This document shows, piece after piece, positions 1 through 11,100 of a DNA stretch of 64,000 nucleotides (its first letter is position 1; each line of letters begins with the position of its first letter). The stretch is from Rhodosorus marinus CCMP1338 (lineage: Eukaryota > Plantae > Rhodophyta). The notes beneath the pieces were generated by a model, which worked only from the letters and a program-made list of their open reading frames with translations, was not told the DNA's origin and made no database searches. The stretch covers positions 1,054,001 to 1,118,000 of the forward strand of contig JAMWBK010000003.1 of the NCBI GenBank assembly GCA_029953675.1, written 5' to 3'. Position numbers and translations under genes: made by a program.

Positions 1-185
1 TTGTTCCAGTCCAACATCCAAAGTTGCCCCTCCGCCTCATGTCCGCTGATACAGCGGCCGCGTCGGTGACATGAGTTGTTTCAGTTTGCGGGAGCTGGAT
101 GGAACAGAGAAGATCTTGATGATCTTTTATCCAAGTATTTCGTTGACTAATCCACAGGATCAGAAGTCCAGAAGAACTTTTCACA

Positions 186-2769
186 ATGTCGTATTATAGT
201 GGAGGTGGGGGAGGACGCGGTGGTGGAGGCTACGGTGGTGGTGGTGGTGGTGGTGGTTATGGCGGTGGAGGTGGAGGTGGATATGGTGGCGGCGGAGGTG
301 GATATAGAGGTCGCGGAGGAGGAGGTCGTGGTGGTTATGGCGGTGGGCGTGGTGGTGGTGGCGGTGGCGGCGGTGGATACAATCGCCAACCGCGAAGTGG
401 CGGAGGAGGTGGCTCTGCTGATGAGCTGTACAAGGTATCCAAGCACGCTCACATCCGCTGCATATCTGTGAACGGATTGCTGAAGATGGGTTACTTGATG
501 ATCCCGTTGTTTGTGCTCATTCATTCCTTAGTACATCCAAAGCATCGACAGAGCCCAGTATCCGGCGTATCGGGATATCATGGGAACCTGGGAGTACAAG
601 GATTTCAGTCTCATCGTAGACTACGTTCAGTCAGACCCATTCGCACCTCCATCGAGGTGTAGAGTTCGAGTCCCTGCCTCACAAGCTGGTTTCCCTGCCG
701 ATCTCACATCCAGCAAGATTCGAACAGTTGGGTTTTGCGACTATCTCTCACGAATGTTCTGGAGAGAGACCAACGACGCCGGTGCAGTAAGCTTTTGCAG
801 TACGGCCTGTCCACGCTCTGTCTGCGCAATTTTAAATGCTGCTCTTCCGTACATAGGACGCAGCTCCAGAAAGTCAAGGGTGGCATGGTTCCAAGGGTGG
901 CGCGATCATGATGGAGAAGCCCGGTCAACATGTTCTTGAGAGAACCTCTGTCTTGATCTCCAAGGGGTTCATTGAAGCTCGATTCACGATAACTCTTCCC
1001 GCTCGAGGACGTTCAATTGGTAAGTTTGACAACCATCCGATCCTAGGCTCTTTCCGTTTTGGAAGAAGCCAAGGTCGATGCAAAGCGTCCGGTTTCAGTG
1101 CGACGGCTGATGGGACACTAAGCAAAGTGTGTGTTCCGCAACTACAGAGGGCCTTCGAGCTGCGGCCATTTTTGGAGACGAGCTTCCACCGATAGTCGCA
1201 AATTCACTTTATGCTCGGAGCCTGAACCTTGATCACCTCCGAGAACACGTCATCAGCGTCGAAGATCAAGAACACCTAAGAAGAGTATCTCTGAACAAGC
1301 TAGGCCTTGTCGCGTTCGTGGCAAATGGAGCAGTCCTCCCAAGAAAAAGCGGTATCGATGATGCTCCAATGGATAAAGCGAAGGCGATACTGTTCGAAAC
1401 GCCACCAAGTTTGGCGGCCGAGGTCAAGCTGCCCAGCGGTCGAACGTTGACAGGAATGGGTATACCCAAGGGGATTGCTTTAATCGTAAGTTGCACTCAC
1501 TCTACAGCGGATCAGTCTGGTACGTGACAGAATGCAGCCGGATTAACCGCGAGGGGTTTCATTCTTTGACACCACTCCAGGTTGGAGGAGGGTTTCATGG
1601 AAAATCGACTCTCCTTGAAGCACTCGAAGTAGGTGTCTATAACCATGTACCTGGTGACGGAAGAGAGTTCGTCGCGACTGATTTGACCGGAGTGAAAATC
1701 AGAGCCGAGGATGGGAGAAGTGTTACCTCCGTCGACATATCACCGTTTATCAACAACTTACCATTTCAAAAATCTACCAAGTCTTTCTCCACACCGGACG
1801 CCTCGGGGAGTACATCACAAGTACGCAGTTAACCACATAACCACATTACCACAAAGACCGGTGGAATACTCACCTCGGGTCGGTGTCCTTACAGGCGGCG
1901 AACATCATCGAAGCTGTTCAAGCTGGCACGAAGTGCCTGTTGGTGGATGAGGATACATGTGCGACGAACTTCATGATTCGAGATGCGCGAATGCAGGAGC
2001 TGGTCGCCCCTGATAAGGAGCCCATCACTCCTTTCATCTCTCGTATTCGGACTATGTATGAACATATGGGGATTTCAACGATCCTGGTCATCGGAGGCGC
2101 AGGGGACTATTTCGATGTGGCAGACCATGTGATTATGATGGATTGTTATAAGCCCCATGACGTCACTGCGAGGTAAGGCCTTCAGAACTGTAGATCGCTT
2201 GTTGCGCATCAACGCTCATTGGACTGCTTGTGGATCGACTCAGGGCGAAGGAGATATCCAAGGAAAGCCCTGGGAACAAGATTAGACGTGACGGCAGCGA
2301 CAAGGCCCTTTTCGATGGACTTTCATTCCGATACCCGAAGAGTCAGTCCGTGTTGGGCATACAGAGTCAAAGCAAAGGAAGAGTATCTGCGCGGACGATG
2401 GAGCGTATTGAATTCGGAGGCATTGACATTGAGTTGGATGGCGTTGCTCAAGTGATCGAGAAGACGCAAACTCGCGCTATTGGTGACGCTATGGTCTACG
2501 CGGCAAATAGGTATGCCCAATGCCCCAATGTGCTCCTGCACAAGGAGATTCGATCTTCTGACTAAATCTGCACTCCTTTTCTGAGTAGGTACATGAACGA
2601 TAACCTGACCGTGAAAGAAGTCCTCGACAGAGTTGACCTGGATATCGAAGATGAGGGTTTAGACTGTATTAGCATCATGGGACCCGTCGGGACGTTGGGC
2701 CGCCCGAGGCCGCTGGAAATTGCTGCCGCTCTTAACCGTCTGCGGGGGGTGGCTTTCAAAATACGTTGA
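186..2769 (+). CDS. Predicted ABC-class P-loop ATPase (ABC_ATPase / MRB1590-like family) with Gly/RGG-rich N-terminal tail; multi-exon
   Basis: Spliced exons give YIQSIDRAQYPAYRDIMG..VQSDPFAPPSR, Walker A GGGFHGKSTLLEALEVGVYNHVPGDGRE, DASGSTSQAANI, Walker B LLVDEDTCATNFMIRD, and the C-terminal RPRPLEIAAALNRLR ending at TGA 2767-2769. Exon 1 (ATG 186) is poly-Gly with YGGG/RGG units. Confidence 0.9.
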
Positions 2770-3783
2770 TTAGGCTTGTCGATGATGACTATTTGGTTCA
2801 TGCATTAAAAACTGAAACTACAATGACCCGAGAGCGTGGCCGAACAAAGTGAGGCACGGCTTCTGTCAACCAAATCTGTGAATCTGCGACGTCCAAAGCG
2901 CTCCTGCTCACCTCAGAGACTAAGCGCCTCCAAGAGCTTTCTGAGCCGTGCCTCCATCTATCTAACTGCTGAATCGGATTCTACCACCACCAAAAAGAAC
3001 ACCCCCTCCGCCAAACAAAGTCTTGTATTTGCGCTCAAAAGGAAGACCTGCCCAGCAGCAACCTGAACTCCACATGTTTGCCATCTAAAAACTTCTACGA
3101 AATAGAGATCTTGTAGTTTGACCGCATAAAATATTTTCATTCGAAAAAGCGGATTGAAATATCCATATTTATCGATTGCATAAAAACTACAAAATTTCAT
3201 CACTTCTTTCGCATAAAAAATTATGTTTTTGCAAATTTTCAAAGCTGGACAATCATCCCCGCCAAGAAAATAATACAATTCATTCATGTAAGAAGGACAG
3301 GTTGGAAGATGTGGCTTGGCAACAACAATGCGGAAAAGGGGCTCAAGGAGCACCTGGAAGTAAAGCTGAATTGGATACATCAATCGCCTCATCTGAAGGA
3401 AGCAAAGCAACTCTCAACAAGATCCAGGACAATATCAAAGTTTCCTCGAATCTATCTTAGCACTGCATTAAATATTTTACCAAGTCGTGACGACCTGTCC
3501 GCAGCGGAAGAGTCAGACTATGGTGAACACTTTCTCGATCTGGGTTTCAGCTAGTCTGAACTGTTTAGCCGCGCGAGAGGAACTGTTTTCAGTCTTTTTA
3601 ATCTTTGGTCTTTGGCATAGCCGGGTTTAGTTTGAGAGACTTGGGCGTTGAGGTGCCTACTGGATTATGGCAGATGAGAATGCTCAAGTTTAGCCAGGTA
3701 GCTTGCAGGCCTTTGAGGATGGTCGTGCCATAGGGGACCCTGGCAGGTTCGAACGACTTGAAGTCGTTTGGTTAGAGAATCGA

Positions 3784-6022
3784 ATGGATTCTCGAAACTT
3801 TGCCCTTGCGCAGGGTCTTGTTGATCGTTCTTATGTCTCACAGGCCAGGCAATCGCGATCTTCAAGGGAAGGGCTCGTTCGACAGCTTTTGGCGAATCGT
3901 CGGCTACCTGAGCATGGATGGTAGGCAAGTCGCTTTCGGCCGTTCCAATCAGTTGGAAAATGACCAGTAAAAGTCGTTTGTCCTAAAGGATCCTAATGGG
4001 CCTTTCCTTGTCTGTGCCTGTAGGGACGATGTCACGATCAAGCTCTTCCTCAACGAGATCGCGAGCATGGATAGCAATAATTTTCCGGGAAATGTAGGGC
4101 TTGGGGAGAGAGAGGGACGTGTATATAGTAGCTTAGTGCGAGAAAGGAATTTCCATCTTCATCATGGAATCGGTGAGTGGTCCCTCAACCATCTCAGGTG
4201 AAGAGACCATCGCGGCTCACCCACGGGTTTCTCTACGATGCCTTGCAAGGCCGATCTGGAGATATCGGAGCTGTGCAGCCAAAAGCTGCTGGCTCATCGT
4301 TAGTAGTCAAGATTGCTGGGTCACTTGCGTTGGTACGAGTCTCTCATTCATAGCTTGATGGTCAACCAGAATCACGTAGAGAGGTCACGAAAGTGTTGGA
4401 TATTTGGCTGTGCCGTGTACAGGATGCATCAAAGGCAGCCGGTTTTACGAATGCCAAGCATGCTGCGGTAATCCCAGTGGCAACCGGTATGGCCTTGACG
4501 TTGACAATGTGCGCTCTCCGAGAACAGAGATCGTCTTGTCGAAAGGTGATATTCTTAAGGATCGACCAGAAGAGTTGCGTCAAGTCTGTGCTCACAGCCG
4601 GGTTTGAGCTCGTCCTCGTGGACAACGTGAAAGATACAGCTGCTGATGAGGTACAGCCCGTCATCTCCGATGACCAATAAACCACTTAATCTCAGGATGC
4701 CAACTGCCAAACGCAACTGCACAGGTTTCGACCGACTTGGAGAGGCTGGAAGCGCTACTCAACGAGGACGACTATGTGTGCGTTCTGTCAACAACAAGTT
4801 GCTTTGCTCCGAGGATTCCTGATAGGATTCCCGCAATCTCAGCGCTTTGCGCCAAGTACGGTAACTACCCTCGCATCCGGACAAGCCTCTCAAACAATCA
4901 AGAACAAAACAACTCACGCTGGACCTTCGCCTTGGAAACGCGTGCAGATGTCCCACATATCGTTAACAATGCATATGGACTCCAGAGCCGTCGTTGCATG
5001 AGTAAGACCCTCCAAATTAGGCTATAGAAGATTCAAGATCAGGCGCTCAAGAGTTGCATCGCTTCCCTGACCTTGTGAACAGATTTAATACAAGCGGCAG
5101 CGACAACCGGCAGAGTTGACATCGTGGTTCAAAGCACAGACAAGAACTTTCTTGTACCAGTTGGCGGTTCAGTACTCAGCGCGAGCAGTCCAAAGCTCAT
5201 CGATGCGGTCCTGAAAGCGTAAGCTTGTCCGGAAACATAGTCCATACTGTCCTTGCTTTCCCCCTCGAAGCTATGGCTGTAAAGCTTGGCCAACAGCGTC
5301 ATGAGCACTTTTAACGAAGTTCGGTTAATGTGAAACTGGCATACGGGAGTCTCAGCCTCTTTCTCTTCACGCGTTCGTTCGTTTCCTTAGGTATCCTGGG
5401 AGAGCCTCCGCTTCACCGTCTCTGGACGTCATGATCACTTTGCTTTCAATGGGAAAGCAGGGATGGTCCCGGCTCTTAGAGGTTCGTGAGCGTACCGTGA
5501 TCCATCTCCGCGAGACGCTTGGATCAGTAGCTGAAGAGTTTGGTGAGAGAGTGCTCGACACGGAAGAGAACGAAGTATCTGTGGCTATGTCGCTTTCTCG
5601 AGCAGAGTCGAAAGGCATCAACGTAACGTTCATTGGCTCAAAGTTATTCTCTAGATTCGTCAGTGGTGCTCGCGTAGTACCGAGGCTTAACAGCAAGTCC
5701 AAGGTCGTAGGTCACCACACGCGCAAGGCCGCGGCCCACGACGTTGCTTATTTTCGCTTTTCTCCACGTACAGGTATGCGGAATTACGTTCAATGGAGGC
5801 TTTGGGGCTCATTGCGCTGATTACCCAGTGTCGTACATAACTTTTGTAAGTTGAAGTAGCTTCCTGCCCCTGAGAAACTTCCTTCAAGCTCAATTGTTCT
5901 GACCAAAGATCGGCTCCGTGTAGGCTTGCACTCTTGGAGTGACCAAAGACGAGATTGACATTGGGATGGGTCGCCTTCGAGAAAGTCTAAGCGAATGCTA
6001 CAAAGCACTAGATGGTAACTGA
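3784..6022 (+). CDS. SEPSECS: O-phosphoseryl-tRNA(Sec) selenium transferase (SepSecS); multi-exon
   Basis: Exons encode [82 protein letters not shown], the PLP-lysine motif [26 protein letters not shown] and [11 protein letters not shown]. Stop TGA 6020-6022. Confidence 0.95.
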
Positions 6023-6136
6023 TCGACTGCAGATTTCGGTCTCAGATGGAACCGTATTGGACCACGTTTGCCCCTAAATGAGACCGCCACTGCCAAGGAC
6101 GGGGTTAGACGGTTACGCAAAACTCGATTCACCCTC

Positions 6137-6496
6137 TCAACTGAAACTCATATCGCTCGCAGAAGCTTGAACATTCACTGAACACACAGCGAACAACGTG
6201 GAACTTAATACCTTCCAGCGGTCCCCAACAGTTTTTCCCGCGATTCCTTGCACATCGTCCTCCTTCCCATGCTCAACGATCGCAACCTTCCTTCTCCCAC
6301 CCCCTTCCGTCTCGACCATAACCCGAGAGAACATCCTCAGAGGCACTCGCGCTTCCAGAACCAGTCTGTTCATCAAATGCCTCGCGTCGCCCTCGGTCAA
6401 TCCGAACTCAGCAATAATCTTGGAAACAGTCACTACCTCCAGTTCTACCGCAATTTTGATCAGAACCTTTTCATTCAACTCATCCAGAAGGTCCAT
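6137..6496 (-). CDS. 119-aa ORF resembling the N-terminal winged-helix domain of DNA polymerase delta subunit 3 (Cdc27/POLD3)
   Basis: ATG-started intronless ORF with protein-like composition. VVTVSKIIAEFGLTEGDARHLM, RKVAIV and STLFAVCS loosely parallel POLD3 IVTYKWLSYTLGVHVNQAKQML, HKVAVV and IHVYSIQ. Visual similarity only. Confidence 0.35.
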   Translation of the reverse strand: MDLLDELNEKVLIKIAVELEVVTVSKIIAEFGLTEGDARHLMNRLVLEARVPLRMFSRVMVETEGGGRRKVAIVEHGKEDDVQGIAGKTVGDRWKVLSSTLFAVCSVNVQASASDMSFS

Positions 6497-7091
6497 TCAA
6501 CCAAACAGCCTCCCTTCAATCACGACCGTGCCTGCCTAGACTCATGCTCCGTACCGCTCACGCTCGAGAAATGGGAATCCTTTGCGTACCACTCTTATAG
6601 AAAACGCCAGCACTCTGCAAGAAACCTCTGTTCAAACAGACTTTGGATGAAACAGCTGATTAATCCCCAGATTGAAATACATGCTGCGACGAGAACCTTA
6701 ATCACTCCCGTGACGCTCAGACCTTGACTGCCCTGGAACCATTGTCAGACTTTGACATCCTCGAGATACCTACTCTGGTTCGTTTAAGTCTTATCTTTAT
6801 AGACTTTCATATGAATGATTCCCCTCTTGAGAAGGAGTAATGAAGAGGATCGAAGCTCAACGACCTGAAACTTTCAAGGTCCGTTACCCTGAAGCCATCC
6901 CCAGGCTTTGACGTCGTCGATTACCGAATCGTTCGACTATGAAGCTGTTGAAAAAGAAGCGAACTTGGTTTCGCAACCGAGCAGCTTTTCTAGATCCTAA
7001 ACTCGAACCAGCTTTAGCGTTTTGGGTTGCCACACGCAGCGACTCTTTCCAGAACTCTCTTTCTTCGGTGGATCTTTGAGAGGGAGTGAAG

Positions 7092-8057
7092 ATGACGTTG
7101 AGCGAGGATCTATGGCACGAGAACGTGGAACATTTTCGGAGTTGTACGGTTCACCCATTCCTGACTGGCATAGTTAATGGAGACCTTGAACTTGATTGCT
7201 TCAAGTAAGGAAACGCCCTGTTCCTGCTCGGACCTGATCGGACTTGTCTAAACCTCACAGACGAAATCGCCTCCCCTGTACTTGCAGAGAATACATTGCC
7301 CAGGATGCATACTTCTTGGAGCTCTTCGCCAAAGCCTACTCGGCGTTGGCATCCAGAGCTCTTGAATGGAGCAACTTTCTAAGACTTCACGCCCTTGTTC
7401 AGGTAGGCCGTCGAGCTTTCAATAGACCGTCCCTACTTCGGGCTGAGACATGGACACTCGCTATCGTGCTAAGGGCGTTGTAGAGGAAAGGCAGCTTCAC
7501 AATGAGTACGCGCAAAGATGGTCCGTAGACCTGTCCGATTCCAAGCCTCTAGCATCAACGATTGCCTATACAAATTTGATTTTTGGGTACTTGGACCGCT
7601 TCCCAGGATCGCTTTCTCCACTCGCGAGCATGCTGCCTTGCATGAAGCTTTACCTTGAACTCGCGCGGTGGGTCGCTGAACAAGATAGCTATCAAGCTGA
7701 GAGCAACCCGTAAGCCTTCAACAATACAAGGAGCCGAGCCAAGCCATGCCGTTTTCTCATCACGCATAGCACATATTCGTCTTCAGATATAGCGAGTGGG
7801 TTTCGACGTACGCAAGTAGCAGTTTTGAGGAACTCGTTCGGACATTAGAGGTAAGCACTCCCCAGCAGACCATTGAGCTGAGGTCCGCACGGTATTAATA
7901 ATGTCATGGACATGTTAATCCGGTAATTTGAACCAACAAGGATCTCGTCGGTACGCACTGTTCGAAAGATGAGATCACCTCTGAGATGTATTCCTCCGCA
8001 ATGAAATGCGAGTACGACTTTTTTTCCGCTGTGATCAAGAATCCGAGCACACCCTGA
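7092..8057 (+). CDS. TenA/THI-4 family thiaminase II (aminopyrimidine aminohydrolase); multi-exon
   Basis: Spliced motifs HPFLTGIVNGDL, YIAQDAYFL, EERQLH, MLPCMKLY (catalytic Cys-type motif), YSEWVSTY and EYDFF. ATG 7092, TGA 8055-8057. Confidence 0.85.
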
Positions 8058-8164
8058 GATGGTAGAAACTCAATACGACTGTGATTCCATGCTGAACACC
8101 GCTTCTGATGCTCTGGGGTTCAGCAGATCTCCGAGGACCTCCACTGTATGCTTTACATTATGAG

Positions 8165-11100
8165 TTATTTCTTCTTACTAATCAGCTCAAATACAACGCC
8201 TTCTCGATTGTCTCCGGTCGTGTCCACGCTCACGCGTACTCTGACGGTACCCATTACCTTAAAAACTCTCCCATCCGTACATGTTAGTATTAGCTTGTCC
8301 TCGTCAAGAACAAAGGCGTCTCCAGCGGAGGAACTCGCATCCACGTTTGCAGGGGGTCGCTGCGGATCGAGATGTACAATTCCCTCAACTCCGTATCTGA
8401 CATTGACCACGAAACCGAGAGTTAGCCTACGGAATCGTCTATTGAAGAAAAAAGCAGCAGCTAGCGAAAGCATAATGTCCACAAGTAGCACCGTGCTTAC
8501 TTTGGAACCAAAACTACCAGCGCGTTGCTGAGCAGTCTGACAATCCTCGCGTCCTCTTCAATGACCTTGTCTCTCAAAAGTACTCTTGTATGCAGAGCGA
8601 TGGATGACCTTGCAGCATACTGAGCACATCTATGTCGATGGTTGATATTGTCTACAAAACACCACCACAAAGGGGAGAGTTTGCAACTTGTTTAGCGGTA
8701 TCATCGAGAGGAACACGGAGCCTGCCGTTCATCAGTGCATAAAGGAGTCCCTACCTGCTACCTCCTGCATTTTTTTTGAGTTCTGTAAATCTTGAGGAAG
8801 TGAAGCGTAGCCCAAGCTCGCTGCTAGCAGTCGGTGCACAATCACATCTTGATGCGGGCAACGTGTTAAAGGCAACGCATTAAAGGTACGTGTTAGATTT
8901 CTGCTCTCACACGACGTGAGAGAGGGGAACACCTTCATACCGGCGTATCGTCTAATCGGTGAGGTAAAATGAGTGTAGATAGGTGCCGCTAGTCCGTAAT
9001 GGACATATTCGGGTGCCGAAACTTCTCCCGAGCTAAAGTAGACCGCCTGAGTCATACAGCGAGTGGTCAAAATACGCAAGAGATTGGCGGCATAGGGGTC
9101 CTGGCGGAACAATCGCTCCGCTTTGTTAAGACTGTCGTTGAGCGCCTTGCTCGAGCTCACATCAAGCTCCACGCCAAACTAGGGTCCAGAAAAGAATTCG
9201 TAGTCAGAGTAGAATTGAGAAGCAAAGCGTAGGAACCAGAGTTCTCACGGATTTCGCGGTTTTCAGCAGCGATTCGAATTGCTCAGGTAGCGGCTTTGGG
9301 TGTCTTCGTAGCATCGCGCATTGTGGAAATTGCCTAGCACGAGGACAAAGCAGTCGTTCAGAGAAAGCCCATCGACTTAAGAGCAATTGAAAGATCATGA
9401 ACTTCAGCTTGAACTTACTGAACGAGTTTCTTTGCAACGGCGATGTTGGCCAAAAGCATGAATTCCTCGACCTTTCACGCGCACGAGCAGCTACTACGTT
9501 AGAGCCTATGCAAACGTCGAACCTAGCACAAATACAAAGCTTACCATTCTATTCGTCTCCCGGATCTCATAAGTCTGAGCGTCAACGACTGCATGTGTTT
9601 CCTTTTGAGTTGATTTCAGAAGTACGCGTTCGGTGTGAGTGACCACCACCCTAGGCGTGTTTGAAATACAGACATGGTATATTCTCCAACTCCCCTACCT
9701 CCTGGAACTTGAACTTGATCTCTGGAGATGCCAGTGACAGAGCCCCTGCCTCAGTCCTGCGCAGTCGAAGCTTTTCTGCGATTGACGCGAGACCAAACAA
9801 CGACTTTGCGATGTCCTCCTCATCCTAAAGTTTTACAGAACAGGATGGGGATTAGCTCCATCAGAGGCTGAAGCTATTCTATGGGTTCATATGCATACCG
9901 GATTGTCGTATCGTTTCCCTTTTCTGTGTGCGTCTATTCGATTCTGCGCTTCCTCATACGTCATCGCTCGAGCTGACTTGATGACAGATCGCCGGAAGTA
10001 GACATCAAGCTCGTTTGCTTCTCGATCCATATGAAATATAGCGGAGAAGGCGAGCCTCTCAACCTCTCCTGTAAACCCATAGAGGGTAGACCAGGATAAA
10101 CTCGAATTAACAAACTTTGAGATATCCACACGCTTTCCTTTCCCGAGCAGCTTACCCATTAGGGAGCACAGCTTTGACGACAGCAGGGAAGGAAGCATTT
10201 CTATTCTCCTGTCCACAAGGTATACGGTGGTACCGCGGTCGGCTGCTTCTTTGTCAAGCTCAGATCCGTGCCTCAAGAATGCGGTAACGTCCGCAATGTG
10301 CACGCCAACCTGATGATACCAATATTGGAGATTCAGAGGTTGACGGTAGGGGAGAACGACGAGTTGTCTAGACTGGGCATCAGTAACCATCAATACCTCA
10401 AATGTCCCATCCGGTCTCTCTTCGCAATGCAGAGCATCATCAATATCCGTGCATCCTGGAGGATCCACGCTCACAATACACTTGGATCGAAGATCTAGCC
10501 TGTGCGACAAGACCCGTCCGTTTCTGTTAGGTAGTGTGCACAAAATAGGAATGATTCACCGGTTCCCCACCACATACCTGCTATGTACATTCTCTTCAGT
10601 AACCTTCCAATTTTCAGTAGGCAGACAGGCCTGCGCCGAGAGGACAATAAGTGCTCGAAGGTCAGGAGATCAACGGCGGCTGGATGTCGGTACCAATTGC
10701 CTTACTTACAAGAGCGGCAGTGCTAAACTTCCAAGTTGGGACGTCATTTTCTAGGAGAAGCATTTCTGTTTCCGCGTCGACGTCGCCAACTTCGCCTATT
10801 TCACGAACTACGTGACCTCTGTAGGTAATATGCCAACAGCGGAGACAGTCCATGAGGATTTCCAGCAAGAGGATAGAAACTTGCGCTAAACGGCTGTCTT
10901 CAATGCTGGGCGGCTTTGACTAAGTCATTTACCTTGGCAGATGACTATTCCGGTCCCATGAGTCGATGACAACTTGCAAACGTTTCCTCAACAGATCTTG
11001 CACTCTTCGCGAGCGAATCCTTATTCTTGGTATCGCTTTCTCAGCCTGTGTGGAGAAGGCGACCAATATCGAAGTAAGACGTTAACTCCCTAGTCCTCAA

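Noticed and set aside
147-524. Thr/Ser-rich and Val-rich ORFs overlapping the poly-Gly exon; likewise 15855-16451, 17594-18439, 19237-19626, 32160-33032 and 48303-49016
   Set aside because: These are antisense or alternate-frame shadows of low-complexity or GC-rich coding sequence.
2800-2957. Minus-strand MEARLRKLLEALSL-TGA micro-ORF near SepSecS as a possible selenoprotein
   Set aside because: No CxxU or UxxC redox context, no recognisable family after readthrough, and no SECIS seen.
2958-3554. ORFs around the AT-rich island between the ATPase and SepSecS
   Set aside because: They span promoter-like AT-rich DNA and have no recognisable motifs. A small gene at 3309-3554 cannot be excluded but is unsupported.
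7205-7473. TPP riboswitch in TenA introns (ACCTGATC near 7233, GGGCTGAGA near 7440)
   Set aside because: The motifs are in the wrong order, lie in different introns 200 nt apart, and lack the P1-P5 pairing.
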